Assembly (NCBI GenBank): GCA_037447605.1
Contig: CM074809.1
Location: forward strand, 1,230,689-1,294,688
DNA: 64,000 nucleotides
Origin: Zygnema circumcarinatum SAG 698-1b
Lineage: Eukaryota > Plantae > Zygnematophyceae
Reading direction: 5' to 3'
Part shown: in pieces, positions 17,369 through 29,794 of the stretch
Numbering within the stretch: position 1 is the stretch's first letter
Layout of the letters: every line of letters starts with the position of its first letter
The notes under the pieces: generated by a model
The model's database searches: none
The model's input: only the letters and a program-made list of their open reading frames with translations
Told to the model about the DNA's origin: nothing
Translations under genes and position numbers: made by a program

Positions 17369-20300
17369 TGTAGCGTAACGGAGCTGCGTTCGACGGATCC
17401 GCGCCCGTTCAGTTGTACTTGACATATTCACATTGGGTGTGTGTCCGCGAGACCGACATAATCCGGGGAGTTCTTGGAAGCGGAAAATCTGGCGGCCCGG
17501 TTGGCGGCCGCGGGCAGCACACACCATCCGGCTAAGCACTTTCGGAGCGGCCCATGAGGGTACCCGCCGATTGTCGGCAGTTGACTGCTCGGAAGGCCTC
17601 ACGTGGTCGGTCAGGCCTACCTCGGTGGGGCTGATTGGCCAATCGAGGGGCCCCATCCCTTTACTAAGGCTCAAGATCTATTATCCCCGGTGTTACAAGT
17701 AGATGGGATGTCGTGTGCTTGTTTCTGTCTTGCCGTCTTTGAGCTTAAGTATTTGTATTTCTTTGTGTGGTTTGTTGTCTTGTTCTTCTCTTCTTCCTCT
17801 TGATTCGACAACGGATGCTAAGTGTGAGAGAGAGTTCATGCCATAGATAGAGAGAGAGAAAGAGTCTTCTTCGATAGCATTTAGAGCGTCCCATTCAGCC
17901 AGCCAGGACAAAGATTTACATTGAGAAGATACTTTCGTTGTAATGACGTCCCAATGACGGCTGGCTGGGGTGACTTTCCCAAAATACAACCTTTATCTAA
18001 GTTGAGTCTGTTTCCCTTTCTTTGTCAGCATGCAAGCTACCATCTTGTTCTATCACCTTACATTTCCTCCCATGACCAATGATAACTAGAAGCCTAGGCC
18101 CCAGAGACTGGCCAGGAGGGGCAGGGGGAGGAGGAGAAAGGAAGGGCTCTTTGCTCCGGGTCGGCCATTTGGTGGGAACATCTTCCGAGTTCTAGTCTTC
18201 CATTGCGATACCTCACGAATCTCAGGATCCACGGCTCTATCTTTGCGGGCAGACCTGAGAACCAACCCAACCTTTCATGTCAGTTTCAACGCGGACGGTG
18301 GCGTCTGACACACAACTAACAGCCCGGTCTCCTTTTAACCCCCAACATCTTGGTATGTTTGAAGGTTTTGAGATCCGATACCTTGATGCATTGAGGCTGC
18401 CCGATCCACGGCGGTAAGTGTCACAACGCCATGGATGAAGAGGCAACAAGAGGGACAGCAGTCTTCATGAGTATTGAGATGAAGACTTGGGACCTCAAGA
18501 AGGAAACGGTGATGGAAATCCAGGGCGGATTTAGACTTCGGAGAGGAAGAAGCGGTCGAGAGAGAGGCGAAGATGGGCATCACCGAAGAACCCTTATCGA
18601 TCACGAAACACCTTGAGCAGGTCGAGGTCGATTGAAGGATTGCGGCGACTCCATCCTGGCGGTGATGGCCATGAACTTCAGCCCGGCAATATGCGCGCCC
18701 GGATGATCAAGCTGCGGCCTGCCCGTCCCGGTATCCGCGGCCTTGAGATGCGTGAAGGAAGTGCGGATTCGAACACGAGGTCCCCGCGGCCCACGGGGAC
18801 ACAACCCACGGGATCTCGGTCCAGTTAACTCTTGCACGAGGAGTCCCTTCAAACACCGCAGCGGCGCGATCACTACAGCGGAAGCGAGGGGATTCCTCCG
18901 AGACACCCCTCACCTCAGCGTTCCCCAGCACCCACCCATCCAGCGGCCCAGGCAGCGGCGAGGCAAAGCGGGGCGATCGCAGAGACCCTCCAGCTTTAAG
19001 CACCAACTGCGGAGAAGCGCCGCGTGTCGGATCTGAGTTTCCCGGCAAGATGGAAGAGATGATGACAAAGCCCGATATCCATGATTCACGAAAGAGTGAG
19101 GTGAGGGGATACCGCGGGCATCATCACCGAGGCTTCACGGCAGCGAGGAAGATCACGAAGCATGGTACGGGAACACCTTGAGGAAAGCGGCACAAGCGGG
19201 GCACGAAAGAAGGACCGGTGGATCAAAGTGGCCTTGGGCCCATTTGGAAGGAGAAGGCGATCAATTGGAAAATTTGTCCCAGCGCTTCGCGGATATGCGT
19301 CGGCACCGACAAGGACACATTCAAGCAGCTTTTGAGACAACATTTGGATTTGAATCGATCAGCGTGCTGGGCCGACTTACATGGTATCTTTACGATGATG
19401 GCGGTATTTGGTCACTAAGCGTTTTGTGCGCATGGCAAAATCTGATCGAGAACTGCGACTGCAGTTCTCGGTGGTTCCGCCAAGGCCATGTCGGCGAAGG
19501 ATCTCCACACGGATGCATTGAGCTGCGTGACAACCCACCGGCGGTGCGGGCCTTGTTGAGAGGCGAGGAAAGCGAATTCCGAGAAGGATCAAGAGATGAC
19601 CCAACGACATATGCGACCACATTACATGAATGCAGATCGGCGAGATCGACTCTACCAGCGGTTCACGAAGACCGCGAATCGGCCAGTTGTATGATCCCTC
19701 GCGCATTTCTGGAGCAAGGCGTCTTTCTCGGCATCCACTTTCGGGGCGTCAGGGCAGCCCACAGTAGTGCTGACCTCGCTATAGCAGTAGCGACAAAGCC
19801 CCTTCCCCCATACCCTCATGATCCGGCGCATCCCATTGAGCCGGCGGTGAATCCTCACATCCCAGACGTTTCTCGTCCAGGATATCGGGGTCCTTATTCC
19901 AATCGCACACCCGAAGAGAGAGAAGCTGCCAGGGCCGATCTGCGCCGTCGGATGACAAAGGCAGGGGTTCCGAAGGGCGTTTGCCTTGCCTGCGGCCTGA
20001 ATCACAATCCGCGGCTGCGTTGTGGACCATGGACCTGCACCTTCTGCCAGATCACGGGACATGATGCCCGTGTATGCATGCGGAGACTCTCAAGTGAGAA
20101 GGCCCGAAAGGGGAAAGAGGCAGCTGCAGGGAGCTCACCTGCAGAGATCACCTTCATGGACATGCTCCCGGCTACTCACACGCCACCAAGAACTCCGGCT
20201 CCCTTTTGCTCGCCTCCACCTCCTTCACCCGCTTATACCATCCTGCAACGTCCGCCTATCCATCTGCACCCCATGGACTCCCCTTCACTGACAAACGCAT

Positions 20301-20374
20301 TGGGTGCTGAGCCCGATCCTGCTGCCCGCTCACGCACTGCCCAGATTGCCGCAGCATTGCAACCGGCTTGGTCC
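17369..20374 (+). mobile_element. Ty3/gypsy element A (family 1), 5' half: ~990-bp LTR plus gag
   Basis: LTR starts TGTAGCGTAACGGAGCTGCG at 17369 and matches the reverse complement of 29795-30786 along its length. The gag-like ORF carries a CCHC knuckle (CTFCQITGHDARVC) and a second Cys/His cluster (CLACGLNHNPRLRC). Left flank TCGT. Confidence 0.85.
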
Positions 20375-20384
20375 NNNNNNNNNN

Positions 20385-20822
20385 TCCTCCCTCCTTCCAC
20401 GGGTCATCCCTTGGGATCCATGCCTGAGGAGGAAACTGACGATCTCAATGAGGAGGAGCCGACAGCGGCGCAGCCAGAGCCGACAGCACCGACGACGGAA
20501 GAAATGCATGTCAACCGCCCCATCGCCCCTCCGAGCAGCGTTTCTACCCCAATGACCCGATAAATTGACCGCCCCGACGAACTGACACATCCTGATTGAG
20601 CGCATGGTTCATCGGCTCATGGGGCAGGCTAAGATCGGCATTACCTTATCCTGATTGATCTGGCTGGTACAGTCACTGCGGCGTAGTTAAATGGGCGGCG
20701 GCAGTGTGGCCAGCAACCCAGCCAGCTACATCCGGTTCGGCCGCGGGCCAGCGGTAGCGTCGGCCCGGCACACAGCCCAGCTTCCAGTTGTCTCCTTTTA
20801 ACCCCACTTATCTTGTGCTACA
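20385..20822 (+). mobile_element. 3' terminus of family-1-related LTR element B
   Basis: Ends in ctcctttaa..ccccacttatcttgtgctaca, the same terminus as the LTR at 29795 read on the - strand; followed by GGGT. Confidence 0.7.
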
Positions 20823-21423
20823 GGGTCCTCATATTTTCCACCCTGGTTCCGGCCAATATGAGGTGAAAATATTAATTTTGCATATATAAGGTTTGTGTTC
20901 TGAATAGGCCGAATTGTGGTATTATGTTAGGATTCATGTGCGGACCCGTGCGTATAGAAGTACCGTATGATATCATCTTGTATGCGTACTTTGTCGTTTA
21001 GTATCGTATGCGTCGCAGGTGCCATATAAGTGACTCATAGGCGTAGTTTTCAGCACTACTGTTGTTAGGTCTCGGCTAAATGCGAAACAAATGCGGACAA
21101 TACCATATCGGGCGTTTGCATTATGCGTATCTGATGCCGTAAAGTAATAGATGCCGTCACGTTGGTATCGTGTCTCGTATGAGAAGCGAGGGAAGAAGAG
21201 GGGAGGAAGGCGGCGCCTCTTAAAGTCGGCGAGGAGATTAGGTGAAGTTTTCTGCGTAAGCGATAACTTGGCCCGAATGCAGATAGTGCAGTTGATACGA
21301 GCGATGCAGGATAGTACAGCAAACACAAGGATTACCGTACAAAGGTGGTTCGGCAAAATGCGGTAGAAAATATTGAGGGGCCTTTACTCCTTAGAATTGA
21401 GGTAAATACGAGGACCCCCAACG
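20823..21423. mobile_element. Non-autonomous Tc1/mariner-like TIR element (TIR CAGTAGGGGGTCCTC, TA target); left TIR split by element B
   Basis: gggtcctcatattttcc at 20823, completed by cagtagg from the 33547-33557 flank; right end gaggacccccaacg|ta at 21410-21425. Further family ends at 29080-29102 and 33669-33684, each flanked by TA, with shared internal segments at 21330-21420, 29440-29480 and 33590-33684. Confidence 0.7.
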
Positions 21424-21849
21424 TATCCATCTTTGTCCCGTCTTAGCGTACTAGGCTGCGGTGGCCAGATTCACGGGCTTCACATAAAACTCACCTAATT
21501 AATCTCACTTGCAGCGGCGGTAAGAAGGCTCGCTCTTCTCCCCTTCTTCTTGGATTCGATGCGATGCGATCAAGCAGCCGGAATACGGTACTATCGACAC
21601 TAGGCATCTTAGGCTGTCTTGGCCAGATTCTGGGCTTCTGTAGTTCACCTAATCACCAGCTCGTGCGGCGAAAGTAGAGGCGGCTCTTCTCCCCTTCTTC
21701 TTGCCTTCAATACGATACGATACGAAACGCCTCGATACGCTACTAGACGATACAGTACGATACGGTACGATATGGTACGGTACGATACGTACGGTCCAAC
21801 ATAAACTGTAACGTAATACCGCCCGTCTATTGGTAACACGAACCTTATA

Positions 21850-24800
21850 TGTAGCGAAACGCTATAGTCACCCCAAGGGGAAGGGTTACTTAGAGCCCGG
21901 CGTGGCTTTATGTTTCCATCCAATGCAGTACCTAACGGTTAAGGCATCGGATACCCTATAGGACGACGGAGGTCCTAAGTTCGAACCATAAGAACTGGTT
22001 CACCCGTGGGGCCGCCACATAATGTCTATGGGCCCCACGTCAGCGGCCAAGGTCCCCTCCTCTGTAGAGGGAGGACCGCTGCGAGCTAGCGGCACCCGCA
22101 GGGACGATCCGGTCCGCCGGTGGAATCCCGGGCGGCGAGATCCCGTCGCCGTTAAATCAAAATGCGATTCTGAAGGCCGTTAATGCAGACGGTATCGGTC
22201 CGGACCCAGCCTGGCAGCGTAGGAATCCGGCAAGTACCTTACGACATCTGGCGTAGCGCCGTGTCATGGCGTCGCAGCGCCCGAGGAATCGACGGCATTC
22301 GTACGTTATACGCCTCGACCCATTAGTCGAGAGAGAGAGAGGACGTGTGATGCCATTGGGCGGCCACTTCCGATCCTCCATCTTTGGTAGGAGGTTCAGC
22401 GGGGAGCGTAAAGGCGTGGGTGACATCGTCACCTAACCAACATACCGGCGCCACGGTTACGCCCGTCGGGCTGCTCCAGCTCTGGCTCTCTCTCTCTTCT
22501 CTCACGGACTCCGAGTGAGTCTTTGTGAGGGTGTGTAATTAAGCGGTGAAAGCGGTCTTCGGTCGATTACGTGAGGTATCGAGAGAGCCAGCGTTCGCGA
22601 CACCTCCTTCGGAGAACCTAGTGGGTCATGGTGACCACTCGCCGGGCCGGAGGGGACCCGGGGCCCTCGGGGCCGCCACCTCCACCACCTGTCCCTCGGG
22701 ACGAGGTGATGGAGGAGAACTTCCGAGAGGCAGCGCGTCCCATGGGGGCCAGTCAGCCGCAGTGACAAGGTCACCCGAGGGAGAACACCGCCCTCTTCCC
22801 ACCCAGCGGGCCGTGGCTCGTAGAAGCTTACAAGCCCCAGGCCTACCCGTGATGGGGCCCACATCTGCAGGTGGGCCCGGCCAAGGGAGGCAGGATTGAG
22901 GGGTCGGGGAAGAGTGTAAAGAAGGCGAGAACATGATCACGTTGGTACTTTCGAGGAAGGTGGGCGACATGGTGGCGGTCCGGCGGGTGGTGGACAGCTC
23001 AGGATGGGATTGGGGAACTGGCGGAGAGGCTCGAATCATCGAAGAAGGTATGCCCGAACCCCCTGGTACATGGGGGTCGCGGCCCAAGTCTGAGGGAAGG
23101 GGTTAGACACCTTGATATGTCGTCGCTACCGTCCCGACCGACTCTTGGCGGCAGCCCGGCGAGACCTCTGGACCCCTGTTGATTCAGCTGAGAGTCACTC
23201 ATGGTGGCCCGAGCCACCCGAGGTGGGGACCCCCATCGAGGCAGGCTGGCGGCGGCGGAGGAGATCGATTTTCCGGGCTGCTCCTCCCTTGACCTACTGA
23301 GATGCGGCGAGGAATGCGGGCCAAGAGTAGCCCGCTTTCCTTTGAGGCGAACATCACCCGCGGGCCTTTCGATTGGCTTGATGGATTTGGAATAGTCAAA
23401 CGAAGAATTTACCTTCTTGCGACCAGCATCCCCCCTCCGATGGGTAAGCTTTGCTTACCCGGCACTCGAGAACGCATACCGTGTGTATGAGGGAGCTGTC
23501 ACGATGAGATTGGGGGCGATTGGGATAGGATTGAGAGACCAGACTTATCAAACACTTTAGACCTTGGATCAGGCTTGGAGCCGGGATAAGTTTGAACATG
23601 GTCCAAACCGGCGGTGTCAAGCGGTTTAAAGGACTGCGACAAGTAATTGCCCCCAAATCACCACTCACAAGCACGGGCGGTGAGGTTCTTTCCGCCGAGG
23701 AATGGCTTGAAGCCGCGCACGAGGAAGCGGTAGAGCAACCCACCGGACTCACCGAAACCGTGGGACCCGGTACAAACTTCTGGTGACGCTTTGATCACGA
23801 CCATTGATTGGACACCGCCCTACTTGAGGCAATCACGAGGCCCTTCGGAAACCCGGCCACCCAGTGAGGCGACATTGAATTAGGTGGAAGGCGGACCCTC
23901 GGCTCTGCCAAACTGGCGAGGAAAGAACAAGCGAGGAAGCGTGGGAAGTGGCTGCCGCCCACCTTACTGCGGCGCGAGAAGTTGACTCGGAGAAATGGAA
24001 GATGCGGCGAGAACAGGTGTTCCGTACTTGCATGAGGAGCCTGAGGCGGGATTGCCCTCTCAACACCAAGGACAAGAAGGGCAAGGGGCCGGAAAACCCC
24101 AACCCACCAGCAGCTTAGGGGTCGTTGCTGGTGGCCATGCTAGGCTAGGGGGAGGGAATGGGGCTGCCATCAGGGATAAAAGACTCTTGTTTCACAGAAC
24201 CTTTGGACATTCTTAACTTAATTAGGCGGCGGGCCTTTGGGAGTCTGAGAATCTCTTTGTGTTTGATGTACTTCCCGCCTTCCATTTTCTCTTTCCCGCC
24301 CTTTGTGGTGACTCCTTACGGATTTATGGATGTAGTGATGAATGGTGATTGGCATGTCTTTATCCTGATAATAAAGCGCGTTGATATTCTCATACAATGT
24401 GCCATGAATGCTTTGCATGTCATGGGAAACACCTCCCGTGTCGCTTGGGGCATGTCTTTGTGGTTCCTCGGCACATGGCGTTCGCCCTTTCCCAGCCACT
24501 TGGCGGTTGGTGAAAGCGATTGAGAGGCTGCGTTGGTGCAGAGATGGAAGGATCCACCGGCTGGCGGGGTGGCTCACCTACACATTGGTGCAACGGAGGG
24601 CGGCTCATCCTGACCACGGCGCCCATAGTGCCATGTTCCATCTTGCCCGCCGATTGCCGCGACCTTCGCCGGGTGACCAATGGCCACTTGGCCGGTCCCT
24701 AGCGCTAGATCTCTGAGAGCCGGATGCTAGCTTTAGTTGCGTTGCATGAAGATTTGGACCAGGATCCCCATTGAGGTGTTACTTTTCGGGGATGGGCCGC

Positions 24801-27800
24801 CAAAGAACCCAGATCTACGGTAGCGTCGCACTCAGATCAAAGAAACGATCTACTCAGGAGGCGATCCCGAGTGTCTTCTAACACAAGCTGGCCACGAATG
24901 CTGATGTTATTTTGGGGAGTGCTTGGTTAACCATGGTCAAAGCACAAATGGACTTTTACATCCCACGGCCCGTGCAGCACGGTGGTGTGAGGCAGCCTGC
25001 ACCTGGCGAGCCACATCGGCTAGCTATCCAAGCGACCCTGCTTACTATACGTACCGTGGCTATACCCAATTAGCCAGCGGTTAAGGAAGGTTGCACCTGT
25101 TCATGGTGCCATCGCCCAGCATACTTGAGGATGTTCGCTGGCGAATCAGAGAATGGCGGAGATCACATCACGGGATGTGCTCGTAGATTCCACCCAAAAT
25201 ATCAACCTTTGTTGGATGAGTTGAGATGTTTTTCCCGCGACGACCTTCAAAGAGGTTGCCACCATCTAGAGGAGTGGGGCACAATCCCATAGAGCACAGT
25301 AAAAGCAGCCTTGGCGGCCGTCTATCCGGTTAAGTCGAAAGAAGCAGGAAATCTGCAGCGGTTAGCGGCGTGGCAATTTGGATAGGAGAACGATCGGAAG
25401 GCCTTTGGAAGCCCATCTTATTCGTTGGGAAGAAGATGGTTGCGTTGAGGGATGTGCATTGATTATCACGCGCTTTTCAGCAAGATCAACGTAAGGCTCG
25501 ATTTGCTTTACCGCGTATCGTGATCTGTTGGATGCGTCTTAGCGGCTTAAAGTGTTCACATCACTTGATCTTGCTCGGGGTACCATCCGGATCAGCGTCG
25601 CGGGCGTGTGCCCAGCTGCGTTCCTTCGCGATTGGTCATTTCAATATAAGGTGTTGCCCTTTGGATTGACGAATGCTCCGGCAACTTTCCAGGCTGTCAT
25701 GAACGAGATGTTCATAGGCATGGATGAGTTTGTTTTGGTTTACCTCGATGATATCCTTGTCTTCAGTAAGACGGAGGAGGAACATCTTGAACACGTTCGG
25801 AAAGTGTTTGAGACCCTGAGGAAACACCAATTTTATGCCAAGAGGAAGAAGTGTCACTTCATGCAACGTGAGTTGCTTTATCTTGGGCATATTCTCAATG
25901 ATCAGGGCCTTCGGCCTGATCTTGCCAGAACTTCGTGATGAGAAGCTTGAGCTCTGGCTGACTTATCAGTTGAGGTCCTTTCTTAAGGATTTCGCAGTGG
26001 CGCAGTAAGTTCATCGAGGGTTTAGTAAAAGCTGGTTTTATGACTAACTTGACGCGTTAGGTGTCCCTTTACATGGACCCGAATGCGGGGATGCATTCCG
26101 AGAAGGTGTCGCCATGCAACACATTACGCACCCACTCGCGTTTAGCCGGACCCGTCCAAGCCTTATGAAGTGGTTTGTGATGCTTCGGGATTCGCCTTGG
26201 GTGCCGTCTTGTTTCAAGATGGCCAACCTTTAGCGTATGAAAGTAAGCAAAATGAATCCCACATTTGGCGCCAACTATTACCTGTGAGCGAGGCGCTGCG
26301 TGTGGTCCGCTCCCCGAGGACATGGCGGTCTTGTTAGAAGGCGATCCGCGCTGATCACTTGACCACCGCCCAGCTAGCGTTCCTCTCAACCCAGCGGACC
26401 ACATGCAGAAGCGGCGAGCGCGGTTGGTCTGGGATTCCTCCAAAGGTTTGGCCCGGTGGGTTTTATCGGCGGGAAGAATGTAGCGGACCCAGTGGCGGCC
26501 TGCGGCATCTTGCACGGATGGTGCTTCGTCGACTCGGTGTTGGTGGAGCGGATGGCCCAGGAGGTGAGGGCGGCCAGCCCGGAGTCGGAGTCACCGGGGC
26601 CAATGCTTTGTCATAGATCCCTCCACCGGTGTAGCGGTCAACCACTCCTGCTTCTCTCTACGTCTGGGGCGGACCGGGAGGGTATGTTCAGTGATCCTTT
26701 GTTCTGGATGGCCAAGGAAATGGTATAAGGACAAGTGGTGTCCCAGGAGGATTCTGGTACCCGCGACGGCGTGATTGCAGTGGGTACTTAAGGCGGGACT
26801 GTCACGGCAGGCTCATTGGGTGAGCTACATGATCCTCCGTACCGAGGGGTCACATGGGAGTTGCCAAAACCCGTGAGGCACTGCTCCGAGAGTTCTGGTG
26901 GCCTGGACTCTCGAGGGATGTGAAAGCGTATGTACTCGCTTGTCCAACTTGTCAACGAAACAAACCCCGCACTGGCAGGATCCCTGGCCAGCTGCAACCC
27001 CTCACACCTCCCTTTCGGAAATGGGATAGTGTGGGTATGGACTTGATCACAGATCTTCCTGTGACACCTCGGGGGCATGACTCCATCCTCGTCTTTGTCG
27101 ATCGGCTTAGCAAGATGGTGCATTTTGCGCCAACTACTAAGACAGCTGGGGCCGACAAGATTGCACGGTTGTATGTTGACAAAGTGTGGAGCGGCATGGT
27201 CTTCGAATGGTGTAGTAATACGACCGTGATCCGCGATTCACGGCCATTTTGGGTATGATTGCTCCATGTCGTTGGGACAGCGGTTGATCACCGACTTTCC
27301 ACCCATAAGCCCAGATGGCGGGCGGAGCGGGTGAAACGAATCTGGAGGATTACCTCGGCATTATGTGGGACCTACCCCGGATGGGTGGGACGAACTGCTC
27401 CCAGTGGCTGAGTATGCCATCAATAATGCTTACCAGGAGTCCATTAGTACCACCCCTTTCTTCTTGAATTTTGGCCAGCATCCTCTAAATCCCCTGCAAC
27501 CAAGGGATGAGCCCCCTGATCCGTGGAACATGGGCGTCCACAGCCACGATCCTTGGTGAGAGGGGCTGATGGGATCAACCTCATGGTCAGTCTTTGTCCG
27601 ACTAATATGCGAGAGCGCTGCGGAAGACACGGCGGACCACGCTGGCGGCCCGGTCGACAAAAAGGCCTATGGCGGCGAATCACTTGGTACCCAACTCACA
27701 CCTTCAGCAGGCGTGAGGTGTTGCCGAAGTGCGAACTTGAGACTCAAAGCTTATGGCGGAACACGTAAGCTGTGGCCCCGTTTCATCGGACCTTTTAAGG

Positions 27801-29031
27801 TCGTGAAGCGAATCAATGAGGTCGCTTACCGGTTGGATTTACCAGCCCACATGAAGGTGCATCCGGTCTTTCATGTGGGTTTGCTAAAGGTCTACCGTAG
27901 CGATGGGAGGATCCAGCCACCTCCCCCACCAGTGGAACTTGAAGGTGAACTTGAGTACGAAGTTGAAACCATTCAAGCCCACCGTATTGTGAGAAAGGGT
28001 CGCTCTTCCCGTCACGAATACCTCGTGAAGTGGTTGGGCTATGGGGTTGAACACTTAGCACATATATAGGGAGGCAGGGGCAGCAACCCCGGTGCGAGAG
28101 CTCATCAAGCTTTTATGCTTGGGGCGCGGTAGGTAGGAGGCGAGGCGACGCAGCGGGGGTTCCTGGTAGATCCCAGCGCCAACTCCAGGAAAAGGACGAG
28201 CCAGGATTATCGGTGAGCCTCACGGTTATCCGCGTAGAGTTGGTGGCGTCTTGGATTGAAACTCTGTTGCCTTTACCACCCACACCGCGTGAGCGAGGCG
28301 TTCACATTCTCCTGAGGGTAATGTGGCGCTCACAGTCACCCAAGGGAAGGGTTACTTAGAGCGGCGTGGCTTTATGTTTCCATCCAATGCAGTACCTAAC
28401 GGTTAAGGCATCGGATACCCTATAGGACGAAGGAGGTCCTAAGTTCGAACCATAAGAACTGGTTCACCCGTGGGGCCGCCACATAATCTCTATGGGCCGC
28501 GTCGTGACAGGTCCCTCCTCTCGGTAGAGGGAGGATCCGCGGGCTAGCGGCACCCGCAGGTTATCGGTCGGTGATTGGATCCCCGAACCCGCGGCGGATC
28601 CCAGGTGGCAGATTGCGTCCAGATGCGATTGGGGCCGTTAATGCAGACGGTATCCGTCGAACCCCGCTCAGCGTAGGATCCAGCGTACCAATGCGGCGGC
28701 CGCCCGTGTAGCCCGGCGTCACCCCAGCGGAATGCGGCGAAACGTGCGTGCGTTATACACCTGCGACCCATTAGTCGAGAGGGACCGCACGTCAGCGATG
28801 CCTGGTAGGGCGGCCACGCTTCGATCCTCCATCTTGGTAGGAGGTTCCAGCGGGGAGGCGTAAAGGCGTGGGTATTTATGCGTCACCTAACCAACATACC
28901 GGCATACGGTTGCACGCCCGTCCCGGGCTGCTCCCCACTCTGAAGCTCTCTCTCTCTCTCTCTCTCTGGACTCCGTGAGTGCTGGTGTGTAATTCCGCGC
29001 AGGCTGAAGAGGCGGTCTTTCAGTCGTTACA
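21850..29031 (+). mobile_element. Full-length chromoviral Ty3/gypsy retrotransposon D (family 2), many frameshifts
   Basis: LTRs at 21850-~22572 and 28322-29031 (TG...CA), 5-bp TSD TTATA, degenerate tRNA-iMet PBS (~22574 gaggtatcgagagagcc). Contains gag (~22.7-24.1 kb), RT (YKVLPFGLTNAPATFQ, VYLDDILVFS at 25.6-25.9 kb), RNase H, integrase (HMGVAKT...CPTCQRNK, FVDRLSKMVHF, WPRFIGPF) and a chromodomain (EYEVETIQAHR...YLVKWLGYG at ~27.95-28.05 kb). Confidence 0.95.
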
Positions 29032-29794
29032 TTATATATGCAAAATCAATATTTTCGCCTCATATTGGCCAAAACTAGGGTGGAAAATATGACCCCCTAC
29101 TGTACGGACAGTCGCACAGTCCGTACGACCTTGTGTCCCCAAGCGCCTTTGGGGTTGGTGGGAGGTGCCACGTGCGGCAACCTTTGACGCGCGTCAGAGA
29201 CGTACAGTACAGTCTGTACAGTACTGTACTGTATCGAAAAATGCAAATGTACCGTATCGGGCTGTATCTATCGTGTAGCCCGTATCGGCGCGCCCGAAAG
29301 GAGGGAGATGGCGGCCTCTTCACGGCTGACGCGTCTTCGAGGAAAGATCACGGTGAGTTTTACTTAAGCGAGTAGCGACTCTTGTGAATGCGGCTAGTAC
29401 TTACGGCTGAGTCTGAATAATGCGACTAACAGCAAGGATGCAGGTACAAAGATTGGTTCGGCAAAATGGGTAATTTCTTGAGACCTTTGAACCTGTAAAC
29501 CTAAACCCTCAACCAATAAACCCCCAACTAGGGATGGCATAATTACGACTATATAATATATATTATATTATATAACTGTGACGACTAGATAACGGCTGTT
29601 ATATATTACTTTACAGCGCGCGCTTTTACAACATGTGCGATTGGACGGTCGTATGAGGTGCGTACATTGTACGGTATTATCGCGGTCTTGATGTGCGGTC
29701 CCCTCCAATGATCCCGTGCACGCGCTCTGGTGGCGAGCGGCCTTGGCGAGCCAGAGTGAACAGGGCGGACGCATTTAGCGCCCGGCCTTAACGA

